IMG/VR virus record: IMGVR_UViG_3300027467_000624
Strand: one strand, 5' to 3'
Source: a virus
DNA: 64,000 bases
The notes under the pieces are model-generated. The model saw only the letters and a program-made list of their open reading frames with translations. It was not told the DNA's origin and did not search any database. The first letter of the stretch is position 1. Each line of letters opens with the position of its first letter. Below, one piece after another: positions 24,816-34,732 of the stretch. Position numbers and translations under genes: made by a program.

Positions 24816-27093
24816 ACTCTCCCTCCTCTACTGAACTTAACTCACTTAACAAATCTTGAAGATTGGGTTTCTCTTCTACTACCTCATCAGTTTTAATATC
24901 ATAAGTGTTTTGGTAGTAAGAAGTCTTCCACCCGTACTTGTATGTAGTCAAAAAGTCTTGTGCCATCACGGACACTGGGACTTCATTATCCGTATAATTC
25001 TCCGGGTTATAGGACCAGTTGCCTGAGATTGCTTGGTCAAAGAATTTTTGCATCACAGCAACAATATTAATATAACCACGGTTACTAGGCATATCCCAAA
25101 GAAGCGTATACGCATTCTTGAGGGTATGATACTGTGGAACAATCTGTTTGAGTGGTCCCTTTTTACTTTTCTTAACGGACAAGAATCCGCGAGGAGGTTC
25201 AATTCCATTGGTTGCATTTGACACAACGGAACTGCTCTCCGAAGGCATTTGTGCGGACAGTGTTGAGTGCCTGAGACCGTGTTCCAAGATGGATGCTCTA
25301 AGAGTTTCCCAATCATGCTGAAGTTGAACAGAAGAAATTTCATCTACATCTTTTTTGTAAGTATCAATTGGAAGAATTCCATCAGCATACTTAGTGCGAC
25401 CAAAGTATTCGCAATATCCTTTTTCTTTAGCAAGTTGATTAGATGCTTTTAGAAGATAATACTGGAATGATTCGGATAAACCATGAACTGCATCCCATGC
25501 TTCTTGGGAATCATAATTAAACCCAAGTTTTGCCAAATAGTGCGCTAACCCTATAAACCCTATACCAAGAGAACGACGCGCCTTGGTGGCGATTTCTGCC
25601 GCATCCACGGGGTAATTTTGATAATCAATCAACTCATCCAAACCGCGAACAGAAAGGTCACAAAGTTCTTCAAGTTCTTCATCAGACTTTACCTTTCCAA
25701 CATTAATTGCAGAAAGAATGCAAAGTGCAATCTCACCCATCTTGTCATCAATATGCTGAAGAGGGTCTGTTGGAAGAGTAATCTCTTGACAAAGATTACT
25801 CATATTAACTTTGTCTTTAAAAGAAGAATGAGAATTGCAGTGGTCAATATTCATAATGTAGACTCGACCCGTCTCTGCGCGTTCTTTAAGAAGGCTAAGG
25901 ATGAGTTCTTGTGCTTTAATAGTTTTTTTCGCAATGGACGGATCTTTTTCATATTGTACGTAGAGAGAATCAAACTCAGGGAGTCCAAAGCTATCATAAA
26001 GTCCAGGGACATCATGTGGAGAGAAAAGCGTGATCTCACCGTCTTGAATAAATCTTTCATAGAACAACTTGCTAATTTGAATGGAGTAATCAAGTTTGCG
26101 GACACGATTATCTTCCGTTCCCTTGTTATTCTTAAGGACTAAAATATCTTCTATTTCTTGGTGCCAGATTGGGAAGTGGACTGTCGCGGATCCACCTCGT
26201 ATGCCATTCTGCGTGCAACATCTGACAGTTGCTTCAAACTTCTTGAGAAATGGTACAACACCCGTGTGTTGAACTTCTCCCCCTCTGATTTTGCTGTTGA
26301 TGCCACGGATCCTACCAGCGTTGATGCCGATTCCCGCCCTCTGTGCAACGTATCGACCAATAGCCATATCACTGCTAAAGATAGAATCGAGGGTGTCATC
26401 AACATCAACAAGAACACAACTAGCAAATTGTCGAAGTGGCGTTCTAACTCCTGCCATGATGGGAGTTGGGATGTTGATTTTGTGTTTGGAGATTGCGTCA
26501 TAATACCTCTTTACATATGACATTCTAGTTTCTTTTGGATACTCAGCAAAGATAGTCAAAGCAATCATCATATACATGAACTGCGGAGTTTCATATACTC
26601 CACCGCCGCTTCTATCTTGCACAAGGTACTTATCAACGACTTGACGTAAACCCGCATAAGTGAAGAGATAGTCGCGGTCATGATCAATATATGAATCAGC
26701 CCTATCAATCTCTTCTTTCGAGTACTTATTGAAAATGTCATTATCATAAACTTCATGATTAACACATTGGTAAATGTGTTGCTCTAGAGTTGGGAGTTCT
26801 TTCATCTTTCCATAAAGTTGCTTACGAACAGCAAACAAAAGAAGACGAGCAGCAACATACTGATAATTTGGATGATCCAAATCAATCAAGTCACTAGCAG
26901 AGCGAATCAAAATTTCCTGAATCTCCCCCGTAGTAATACCATCATAAAATTGAATGCCAGAAGTCATTTCAACTTGACTCGCAGATACACCTGCAAGACC
27001 CTTACATGCCTCTTCGACCATCAAATGCATCTTGTCTAAGTCAAGAGACTCAATTCGACCATCACGCTTTTTAACCTTTGTACCGTTGCTCAT
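24796..27093 (-). CDS. nrdA: Ribonucleotide reductase class Ia alpha subunit (ATP cone)
   Basis: VKKRDGR cone, PTPIMAG, QFASC, SNLCQEI, KTSYY; uninterrupted. Confidence 0.97.
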   Translation of the reverse strand: MSNGTKVKKRDGRIESLDLDKMHLMVEEACKGLAGVSASQVEMTSGIQFYDGITTGEIQEILIRSASDLIDLDHPNYQYVAARLLLFAVRKQLYGKMKELPTLEQHIYQCVNHEVYDNDIFNKYSKEEIDRADSYIDHDRDYLFTYAGLRQVVDKYLVQDRSGGGVYETPQFMYMMIALTIFAEYPKETRMSYVKRYYDAISKHKINIPTPIMAGVRTPLRQFASCVLVDVDDTLDSIFSSDMAIGRYVAQRAGIGINAGRIRGINSKIRGGEVQHTGVVPFLKKFEATVRCCTQNGIRGGSATVHFPIWHQEIEDILVLKNNKGTEDNRVRKLDYSIQISKLFYERFIQDGEITLFSPHDVPGLYDSFGLPEFDSLYVQYEKDPSIAKKTIKAQELILSLLKERAETGRVYIMNIDHCNSHSSFKDKVNMSNLCQEITLPTDPLQHIDDKMGEIALCILSAINVGKVKSDEELEELCDLSVRGLDELIDYQNYPVDAAEIATKARRSLGIGFIGLAHYLAKLGFNYDSQEAWDAVHGLSESFQYYLLKASNQLAKEKGYCEYFGRTKYADGILPIDTYKKDVDEISSVQLQHDWETLRASILEHGLRHSTLSAQMPSESSSVVSNATNGIEPPRGFLSVKKSKKGPLKQIVPQYHTLKNAYTLLWDMPSNRGYINIVAVMQKFFDQAISGNWSYNPENYTDNEVPVSVMAQDFLTTYKYGWKTSYYQNTYDIKTDEVVEEKPNLQDLLSELSSVEEGECESCAV

Positions 27094-28058
27094 ATTTTCT
27101 TCCAGGTAGTAAATTTAAGTTTTGCTTCTAATCCAGAGTAAGTATTTGATTCTATCACAGACTGAACATCTAGTCCAGATAAAACCATATCATTAATATC
27201 TTTTTCTTTTATTCTTGAGGGCCAGATGACAACTTTTTGTCCACTACTAATAACTCTGGAGATTCTAGAGTGGATTTCTGCATTACGTGGTTCGTTATCG
27301 TATATCCAAACACAATCGCGAATATTCCACTTAGTAATATCACCGTCAGCTCCGCAAAGAGCAATCGAGTTGCGAATGAAAGTTGAGTCGAATGGACCTT
27401 CGGTGATGTAGACAGTTTCACTTTTTTGGACTTCATCGAGACCATAGATTTTTGGTGCGTCATCGTTAAGCATTACTGTAATGTATTTTACCTTGCTGGG
27501 ACCAAGTGCTCTTCCCTGAAACCCGACTAGATTATTTTGATAGAACAAAGGAATGATAATCCTTGGTTCATCTTTATCTGTGCTGTCGAATGTTTGGTGA
27601 AGAGAGTTAGTCCACTCCTTAAATTTTTCGGCGTAATAATAGTTATCTGGATTTAATTTTCTACTTTCCAAATAACTCTTTGCGTCAGTATTTGCTGATG
27701 CTTTAGGTAGATTTAATTTTGGTTTGAACTTAGGTGCCTCAAATTTAAATACTGGTTCTTCTACAGTAAAGTTTTTTCCAGTATGACCTTCCTTAAACTT
27801 TTCAAATGTATATTGTTTGTATATTGCAGTATCAATTTGTTTTAAAAAGTTATTAAAGGATATATTGAGACCGCAATTGTGACATTTAAAATTTGTATTA
27901 TTTTTTACCTGATACAAATATCCCCTTGCTTTATTCTTATTCTTTTGAGAATCTCCACAAATAGGACAACGAAAATTATAAAGGTTGTGCTTTACCTTTT
28001 TAAATTTTTGAAATCTGGAAGAAATCAAATTGATGTATTTAACATCAACAAAATCCAT
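27090..28058 (-). CDS. gp61: DNA primase
   Basis: CPICGDS...CHNC Zn finger, TEGPFDS, YDNE Toprim. Confidence 0.95.
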   Translation of the reverse strand: MDFVDVKYINLISSRFQKFKKVKHNLYNFRCPICGDSQKNKNKARGYLYQVKNNTNFKCHNCGLNISFNNFLKQIDTAIYKQYTFEKFKEGHTGKNFTVEEPVFKFEAPKFKPKLNLPKASANTDAKSYLESRKLNPDNYYYAEKFKEWTNSLHQTFDSTDKDEPRIIIPLFYQNNLVGFQGRALGPSKVKYITVMLNDDAPKIYGLDEVQKSETVYITEGPFDSTFIRNSIALCGADGDITKWNIRDCVWIYDNEPRNAEIHSRISRVISSGQKVVIWPSRIKEKDINDMVLSGLDVQSVIESNTYSGLEAKLKFTTWKKI

Positions 28059-28082
28059 GACAATACACTTAGGAGTCTACTT

Positions 28083-28110
28083 ATTCTACCAGATTATTGA
28101 GTCTTGTCAA
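28083..28110 (-). promoter_or_regulatory. Sigma70-type promoter for primase-nrd operon
   Basis: TTGACA-16-TAGAAT with extended TG. Confidence 0.5.
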
Positions 28111-28224
28111 TACACAAAACGGTTATGAGAGCGGTCCATTTTATAACCGAATTTGTTATTTTTTGGAGAGAATAAATCGTCGTCTTATTTTTAGTTTTCA
28201 CTGGCATCTTGTGCCAACACTCAA

Positions 28225-28572
28225 TTATTTATTTCTTACTTGTTCTGTTAGAGAATTTACTGAAGAAGTTATAAAATCTGTTACAACTGGAACAAATAAT
28301 AAAGCAACAGCAACTATACCTGCTGCCATCCATTTAAATCTAGAAAGTTCGTCTACTTTTACTTCCAACTTACCCATTTTCTCATTGATATCTTCATCAC
28401 TTCTGACACAGTTAAAAATTCTTTCGTCATGTACCGCAAGCATCTTACAAATGTTTTGATTAGTTTCACTCAAAGTTTGGATGGCAGCATCTACACGCTC
28501 AACCATTTCCTCATGGATTTTTACTCTTTCTTCAAGAACTGCAACCTTGATCTTTGAGTCTTGTCCAAACAT
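28225..28572 (-). CDS. Coiled-coil protein with C-terminal TM helix
   Basis: Heptad-like region then KWMAAGIVAVALLFV. Confidence 0.7.
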   Translation of the reverse strand: MFGQDSKIKVAVLEERVKIHEEMVERVDAAIQTLSETNQNICKMLAVHDERIFNCVRSDEDINEKMGKLEVKVDELSRFKWMAAGIVAVALLFVPVVTDFITSSVNSLTEQVRNK

Positions 28573-28576
28573 TAGT

Positions 28577-28792
28577 TTACTGCGATGGTTTGTTTTTCAT
28601 CCAGCGTTTGCGGGATCCCACTCCTAAAGATGCATATTTTTTTCTTCTCGTTAAACCCATAACAGGATCAAAACCAGCAGTTGGACCTTTTGGTTCAGCA
28701 GATGCACTAAACCCAGGAGCACCAGCAGAAGAACCAGTTACCATCTGCTCTCTAACTATTTGAATTATCCAGTCCAATTTCTTCTTTTCCAT
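28577..28792 (-). CDS. 71-aa protein containing a copy of a gp23 N-terminal motif
   Basis: GFSASAEPKGPTAGFDPVMGLTRR versus gp23 GFSGGAAAGGPTAGFDPVLISLIRR. Confidence 0.7.
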   Translation of the reverse strand: MEKKKLDWIIQIVREQMVTGSSAGAPGFSASAEPKGPTAGFDPVMGLTRRKKYASLGVGSRKRWMKNKPSQ

Positions 28793-29165
28793 TGTAGATT
28801 TTATAGAGTTCAGAGAGGCAGTTTATGTCAACTTGAATATCATGTATATAACATTTTGGATATTCGGGTAACCTATTAAGAAAAATAATGAAGGTTTTCA
28901 TGGCAGACCACAACTCTCTTTCTATTTTATAGAAAAGCATTGGAGTTGCTGCCTCCCCAAAAATATTATAAAGAATAATAAAATGATTAAGAAGAAGGTG
29001 AGTTTTTAACTGACCAGTATTCTTATATCGTTTCAATAATCTTTTAATATATTTGAAATGATTTAAATCCTTTTCAAAATCTTCTTTGGTTACTGCTTGA
29101 GGATTTTCATAATGTTTAATAGCGAATAATATAAAATTATCCTCATTCAACTCATTAAAAATCAT
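28752..29165 (-). CDS. Conserved T4-like-phage hypothetical protein
   Basis: LNEDNFILFAIKHYENP...LLLNHFIILYNIFG, recalled from cyanomyoviruses. Confidence 0.7.
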   Translation of the reverse strand: MIFNELNEDNFILFAIKHYENPQAVTKEDFEKDLNHFKYIKRLLKRYKNTGQLKTHLLLNHFIILYNIFGEAATPMLFYKIERELWSAMKTFIIFLNRLPEYPKCYIHDIQVDINCLSELYKIYNGKEEIGLDNSNS

Positions 29166-29168
29166 AGA

Positions 29169-29921
29169 TTATAGAGCAGGTGGATAATTTGTATTTCCAG
29201 TAGTAATTCCAGACATTGCAACAAGAACTTCCTTCCTAACTCTCAGATTACCTTCACTATCTTTATATGTCGTAATACCGACCCAACCACCATGAGTTAA
29301 CTCATAGCGAGTTGCTGATGCCGCAGTAACAACAGTTCCATTAGCACCAATAACAGCAGTCTCACGACCACCAGTTACCCTTGAGAAAGTAACTAAGTTT
29401 CCAGCAGTAATTGCAGTTGCGATGGTTGATGCAAGAGAAACTGAAGTTGATCCAACAGATGCGACAACCTTAGAAACAGCTCCACTGGCAAGAGTATCTC
29501 CAGCAACAACACCAGCAACACTATTAACTAAAACTATATCAGTTCCAACACCTGCAGTATAAGTTGCGGATGTCTTAAGGAAGGTATAGTTTTCAGTTAC
29601 TGACCCAGTTGACTGATTTAAATGACTATCTAAAACTGCATACTTAGGCGATTCGCTAATTTCAAATGCAACTCCAGAAATAGCAGACCCATTTAATCCT
29701 GCAGTTGATGCAATAGAAAGACTCGTCGTACTTGCAATACCAACAATTACAGCATCACCGTAGTGAACACCAAATGCAGTACCAAATCTAATCACATCTC
29801 CAGTTGCAGCAGCACCTACTTGACCAAATGTAGTTCCACTGCCAGTTACAGTAAGGGTTGCATAATCAAGAGATACTGTACCACCAGATCCTTTAGCATC
29901 ATTATTTCCCCAGAGTGCCAT
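29169..29921 (-). CDS. Probable virion structural protein (beta-rich)
   Basis: MALWGN start, G/T/S/V-rich, C-terminal HGGWVG...EVLVAMS; TATAAATA upstream (29955-29962). Confidence 0.6.
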   Translation of the reverse strand: MALWGNNDAKGSGGTVSLDYATLTVTGSGTTFGQVGAAATGDVIRFGTAFGVHYGDAVIVGIASTTSLSIASTAGLNGSAISGVAFEISESPKYAVLDSHLNQSTGSVTENYTFLKTSATYTAGVGTDIVLVNSVAGVVAGDTLASGAVSKVVASVGSTSVSLASTIATAITAGNLVTFSRVTGGRETAVIGANGTVVTAASATRYELTHGGWVGITTYKDSEGNLRVRKEVLVAMSGITTGNTNYPPAL

Positions 29922-29975
29922 GTTCTTTCTTCCGTAAAGTTATTTGCTAAAAATTATTTATAAAAAAAAGAGACC

Positions 29976-30140
29976 TTACTTTTGGTCTCCCTTATGTAAA
30001 ACAACTCTCAAAAAATTAGTTGTTAAATCAAGCAATCCATTCTCCTCAAATCTTTTTGTTTTTGCCAACCACTCGGATGTAGTTAGTAATAGACCAAGAA
30101 TAATGGTTACTCCCCAGTTAGTTACAAGGCAGGTAATCAT
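29976..30140 (-). CDS. Small membrane protein (54 aa)
   Basis: MITCLVTNWGVTIILGLLLTTSEWLAK; ATGA coupling. Confidence 0.55.
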   Translation of the reverse strand: MITCLVTNWGVTIILGLLLTTSEWLAKTKRFEENGLLDLTTNFLRVVLHKGDQK

Positions 30141-30310
30141 GCTTGTGGTGTAAAGAGTTTATCCTTTACTAAATCATAAACGACATTATCAATACTGTTA
30201 TCGGTGCTATCAACATACTTTTTAAGTAGGTCAAGAACAAGACCTTTAACAGCTGGATGAGTTGCAATCTGAATAAGAAGTGGTTTTACCACTGCTACTA
30301 CTGCGCCCAT
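30137..30310 (-). CDS. Small hypothetical protein (57 aa)
   Basis: MGAVVAVVKPLL...STDNSIDNVVYD; GGAGG upstream. Confidence 0.6.
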   Translation of the reverse strand: MGAVVAVVKPLLIQIATHPAVKGLVLDLLKKYVDSTDNSIDNVVYDLVKDKLFTPQA

Positions 30311-30364
30311 AATGTCCTCCGTAAAAGAGTATCCAAAGATATTTAGGATTTTTATATAACAGAT

Positions 30365-32665
30365 TCACTTCATATATTTTTGCATTTCTGGATTATCTCT
30401 ATAGTTAATCCTTCTATCATACTTATTTGCGACATCTGCAACATTTCCTAAAAGAGGAACTCCCTTGAGACCTTTAGCAAGTGCTGCAGATGCAGTTTGT
30501 GGTTTAGATTTAGCAGTAGCAGGTTTTGCTACTGGTTTTGCTGCAGGAGGTTTCTTATCTGGAGTTACGCCAACAGTAGTTTGACCACCACGTTCTTTAC
30601 CCAAAAGTTGATTCATAGATTGTTTATTTGGTTTAATCTGTGAACCAGAACCAACTCTTTGATTATGTCTATTTACATCGGACTGAGAAACTCCTGGTTT
30701 AAAACTTCCAGGAACTGTCTTACCAAAAACTTTCTGAACCGTTCCAGCCTGTGTAAATTTTGATCCAGAATTATATCCTGCTTGAGTTTTTCCAGCAACA
30801 ACTCTACCAGTTCCTAAGAATTCGTTAATATTTTGCTCTGCGATTTTCTTTGCCATTTTAGTAGCAGTCGCATACATTACTTCTTTACCGCGACCAGGAT
30901 ATCTCTTCTCAAAGTCTCCTGCCTTGGACTTCATTGACTTAACGATTCTTTCCTTTTCTTTAGTCTCCGCAGAGGTTAGGGTTTTTTCATCAATTATGTT
31001 TCCATCAGGTTCGTAATGAGCAACCATTGTAGAAGGCTTTTTCTTTAAACTTGCCTGAGGTAGATTTAACCCCGGTGTTGGACGAGGAACATCTCCAGGA
31101 ATTCCCCCTTCCCATGCACCAGATCCACCTGTTTTTTGTGCATCTTTTCTATACCACTGCCCACCAGCAGTTCTACCATATTTATTAGGAGCATACTCAG
31201 CTTCATCAATATGCACTTCCTCACTTCTTACACTTGCAAGAAGATCATCTAACTTAGACTTTCTTTTTGGTTTTGCTTTTGGTTTTGTCTTTTCTTTAGC
31301 ATCAATTTTTGCTTTTACTTCAGCAGGTGATGGAGATCCTTTTCTTGCTTTTTTAGCTGGTCTCCCCTCTTCTTTTTTGGGAGGAGTTGTTGCACTTCCT
31401 TCCCATGGGTCAGCGGGTTTTTCTGCTTTCTTAGGTGCTGCCGTTGGTTTTGGTGCCTCTTTTTGTGCTTTTGATTTTGAAGGTTTGCCACCTTCAATCT
31501 TACGAGCAACATTTCTTGCTCCTCTTGATACCGACCTTGCGGCTTTTGCAAGACCTCTCTTCAATTTTGAACCAATTCTCGAAAGAAGACCTGGTTTTTT
31601 ATCTTCTCCATCTGAAGTTGATTTACCACTACCAGAATCTGAAGTAGTTGAAGTTCCTGAAGTTGTAGTTGATGATGAAGAAGATCCACTTCTACCTCTC
31701 TCATAACCTTTTCTTGCTGCAGAACCCAGTGCTCTTGCTCCTCTTACTGCAGCACCAGCTGCATATCCAAGTCCACCAGCAATTGCTTTACCAACTTTCT
31801 TTACAGCACCTTTGACTTTTTGAAGTCTATCACTCTTAATATCAGTGTCGTGACCATAAGTAACTTTTGCCTCATTTAAAAGTGCAGAAGAAATTTCAAG
31901 AGATTCAAGTAACTCATTTTCAATATCATTGATATCATATCCTTCTTCAATACACTCATAGAAAAATTCTTGGACAACTTCTTCAATTAAAGAATCTGAC
32001 AGTAGGAAAATTTCCATGTCTGACATTTCATCAAGAACTCCATTGAAATCTTCAATCTCATTCATTTCAAGAAGAGTTCCACCAAGTTCTTCAATTTTTT
32101 CCCCAAGATCAAGTTTTGGATTGATGTCAACTTTATTGTTAACTTCCTTTTCAACTACTCTTGGTTCTTTACCTTCACCTTTAATCTTATCTGCAACTTC
32201 AATTAAATCATCTCTCCAATTTGAAAAACTCTCTTTTCTAACGCCAATTGCTTTTCCACGAACTTTTCTACGATGCTTCAGATATTCATCAGACTTATCT
32301 ACATCACCATCATTGTCAATATCCGAATCTTCTTTTCCTACAGGATCAAGTGCTTCTTTTTGGGTTGCAATTGCTTTACCAATTGCTTTACGACGCTTAT
32401 GGAGGTACTTATCTGACTTATCTACATCACCATCATTGTCAATATCCGAATCTTCTTTTCCTACAGGATCAAGTGCTTCTTTTATTTTTTTCTTATCTCT
32501 CATTGCCTTTGCTTTAGCAAGAGTTCTTTCTCTTGCAGCATCCTGCTCAGACTTAGGAATAGCAGTCACTGCACCAAGTCTCTCGGCGGGTTTACCGGGA
32601 ACCGCAGATTCGACAACCTGCTCCAAATAAAGTTTGGAGATATCTTTTAAATTATTGGAGTTCAT
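30365..32665 (-). CDS. Large low-complexity modular protein, probable internal head/core protein
   Basis: E/K-rich modules ending in xxE, duplicated DIDNDGD module, late-promoter word upstream. Confidence 0.6.
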   Translation of the reverse strand: MNSNNLKDISKLYLEQVVESAVPGKPAERLGAVTAIPKSEQDAARERTLAKAKAMRDKKKIKEALDPVGKEDSDIDNDGDVDKSDKYLHKRRKAIGKAIATQKEALDPVGKEDSDIDNDGDVDKSDEYLKHRRKVRGKAIGVRKESFSNWRDDLIEVADKIKGEGKEPRVVEKEVNNKVDINPKLDLGEKIEELGGTLLEMNEIEDFNGVLDEMSDMEIFLLSDSLIEEVVQEFFYECIEEGYDINDIENELLESLEISSALLNEAKVTYGHDTDIKSDRLQKVKGAVKKVGKAIAGGLGYAAGAAVRGARALGSAARKGYERGRSGSSSSSTTTSGTSTTSDSGSGKSTSDGEDKKPGLLSRIGSKLKRGLAKAARSVSRGARNVARKIEGGKPSKSKAQKEAPKPTAAPKKAEKPADPWEGSATTPPKKEEGRPAKKARKGSPSPAEVKAKIDAKEKTKPKAKPKRKSKLDDLLASVRSEEVHIDEAEYAPNKYGRTAGGQWYRKDAQKTGGSGAWEGGIPGDVPRPTPGLNLPQASLKKKPSTMVAHYEPDGNIIDEKTLTSAETKEKERIVKSMKSKAGDFEKRYPGRGKEVMYATATKMAKKIAEQNINEFLGTGRVVAGKTQAGYNSGSKFTQAGTVQKVFGKTVPGSFKPGVSQSDVNRHNQRVGSGSQIKPNKQSMNQLLGKERGGQTTVGVTPDKKPPAAKPVAKPATAKSKPQTASAALAKGLKGVPLLGNVADVANKYDRRINYRDNPEMQKYMK
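32292..32483. repeat. 69-bp exact direct repeat (32292-32360 and 32415-32483)
   Basis: Encodes KEALDPVGKEDSDIDNDGDVDKS twice, 123-nt period. Confidence 0.85.
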
Positions 32666-32666
32666 C

Positions 32667-33968
32667 TTAAAAAGTACTTGCTTTTTTTGCTTTATACTTA
32701 TTTATGAAATTGATACCATAAGCCTTGCCACCCTTCTGCAAATATTGTTTATTAGTTCCCACTGCACCGGGAGTTTTTGATGCATAATGCTTAAATGCCC
32801 CCAATGTACCAACAAGAGTATTTGGATGCTTTTCGTCTCTCATTGGACTATCCATTTGAACTTCGGTATATTCCATCACATCTTTAATCCAAGACTTAAA
32901 CATATAACCCTCTTCAGTCACACAGATTAAATGATTGGTTCCCCTACGCATTACTTCACCAATCAAACCAGTATTAAGGTTTTGAACTTTATCACCGATT
33001 CTGAAAATTTTACCTCTCACATAATTCTCACGAAGATTTCTCATATCATACTTTGGAGCAATCTCCCATAAAGCAAAACTTTCCTTTTTGATTGCTGACT
33101 TTTTAACACCCATTCCCTGACGAACAGCATTGAATAAACCTTGAGTTTCTGCATCATCAAGAGACTTTGGAGTGCCTCTTCTAAAAGATTTAAAATCGCC
33201 ATCAATAACTGCCTTTCTCATCTTCGATGCCGACATTCCCTCAACACCCTCAGCATCAGCATCACGAACACCAGCAGAGATTACCCTAATTTGATCAAAG
33301 GTATAAAGTTCTCCATTATACTTTTGTGCCAGATTTTCAAACTCTGCTTGCCTATCTGAACCAACAACAATATTGACATTAGTATACCCGTCTTCATTAG
33401 CGGTAATGAGAACATTAAAAATTGTCTTCATTTCCTTATCATTAATAATGTTCTCCTCGAACTCAGGGAACATTTTCTTCATATAAGAAACTTTACTATC
33501 AGGGTCTAAAGGATTCTTCTTTGGATCTTGAGACCTTGAAGGATAAATCTTAATATCTCCACCGGCAGAAATTCTCTTTGCTGACTTGAGAAGTTTTTCG
33601 TGCCCCACTGTTGGTGGATTGAAGCGACCAAATACAACAGTGAGTGGTGGAAGTTCTTCTGCAGGTTGCTCTTCGGGTTCTTGTCCTGGTGCTGCTTGAG
33701 GTTGTGGTGCAGGTTCTTGTGCTGTAGCGATTGGTTGAGGAGATGGTGCTTGTGCTGCTTGAGGTGCTTGTGTCTCTGGTTGTTTTGCACCTTTTGCTTG
33801 GCGACCATCAATATATTTAAGTTTCCCCTTCTCCGTTCTCGCAATGACTTTACCGGAACGGTCAATCCATCCACCATGACCATCACCAACCAATCCAAGT
33901 TTTTTCGCTTGCATCGCTGCTTGCGATTGTGTTGCCTCAGACAAAAACTGAAAGAAATTTTTCATCAA
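32667..33968 (-). CDS. Cytidylyltransferase-like nucleotidyltransferase (HIGH motif) with CTS-like N-terminus
   Basis: VVFGRFNPPTVGH, VVGSDR, GMSASKMR. Confidence 0.85.
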   Translation of the reverse strand: MMKNFFQFLSEATQSQAAMQAKKLGLVGDGHGGWIDRSGKVIARTEKGKLKYIDGRQAKGAKQPETQAPQAAQAPSPQPIATAQEPAPQPQAAPGQEPEEQPAEELPPLTVVFGRFNPPTVGHEKLLKSAKRISAGGDIKIYPSRSQDPKKNPLDPDSKVSYMKKMFPEFEENIINDKEMKTIFNVLITANEDGYTNVNIVVGSDRQAEFENLAQKYNGELYTFDQIRVISAGVRDADAEGVEGMSASKMRKAVIDGDFKSFRRGTPKSLDDAETQGLFNAVRQGMGVKKSAIKKESFALWEIAPKYDMRNLRENYVRGKIFRIGDKVQNLNTGLIGEVMRRGTNHLICVTEEGYMFKSWIKDVMEYTEVQMDSPMRDEKHPNTLVGTLGAFKHYASKTPGAVGTNKQYLQKGGKAYGINFINKYKAKKASTF

Positions 33969-34005
33969 TGTATTTTAACGCACTTACCTGTCTTTTAGTT
34001 ATTTA

Positions 34006-34695
34006 TTACTTTGCATATTGTGCAAGTAAAAAATCAACTCCTTTATCAATATCATACTTTGATTTTGGTGGTTTATTTGTGATTTGCAATGCGGTTGTAA
34101 ATCTATAATTATAGATTGTTCCACTCCCACCTCTTTTCAACCTCAATCTAATTCTCAAACCAGGATTAAATTGAGGAACTGGAAGACCGGCAGGGTTTGC
34201 TGCCATATAATATAATCCATATCCACCAATTTGAATATAATAAGTTTGTTTAGAACCATAGTAACCCCATAAAGCACTTGATTTAATTGGTAAAAATGCA
34301 TCAGTAAATCTCGCATAGTCAGATTTTACCATATCATCAGTCATTGCTTTATTATCAATGATTCCTTTATTTGGTGGTCCTTTAGGTCCCCATTGCTTAT
34401 TTGCAAAATTTTCAATGCCAACAGTTCTCATTAAATTTCTAAGTTCTTCAGCTGCGGCAGTTTTTGCTCCACCAAGAACCCATCTTCCATTCTGATATTC
34501 TAAGGTTCCTTGACCATAATCGGCTTTCAAATCAAGTTTTACTTCAAGTTTATATGGTTTTTTATTATATAAAAACATTGCGTCTGGTGCATTAGAATCA
34601 GAACCTGCTGGAGTAAATCCCGGAGGCACTAATTTTTTAGACAACAATTTTCTATGAATTTTACCTTCGTAGATAAACCCCTGTTCGCCAGCCAT
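34006..34695 (-). CDS. Putative PD-(D/E)XK nuclease
   Basis: G..YE helix, APDA...LEVK pattern. Confidence 0.45.
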   Translation of the reverse strand: MAGEQGFIYEGKIHRKLLSKKLVPPGFTPAGSDSNAPDAMFLYNKKPYKLEVKLDLKADYGQGTLEYQNGRWVLGGAKTAAAEELRNLMRTVGIENFANKQWGPKGPPNKGIIDNKAMTDDMVKSDYARFTDAFLPIKSSALWGYYGSKQTYYIQIGGYGLYYMAANPAGLPVPQFNPGLRIRLRLKRGGSGTIYNYRFTTALQITNKPPKSKYDIDKGVDFLLAQYAK

Positions 34696-34732
34696 TTATA
34701 CAAATACTCTTTCAAGTATTTATTATTCTGTA

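Noticed and set aside
23625-27093. Introns or inteins in nrdA/nrdB (also gp43, gp41, uvsX)
   Set aside because: ORFs are continuous, of normal length, with no intein or group I intron signatures
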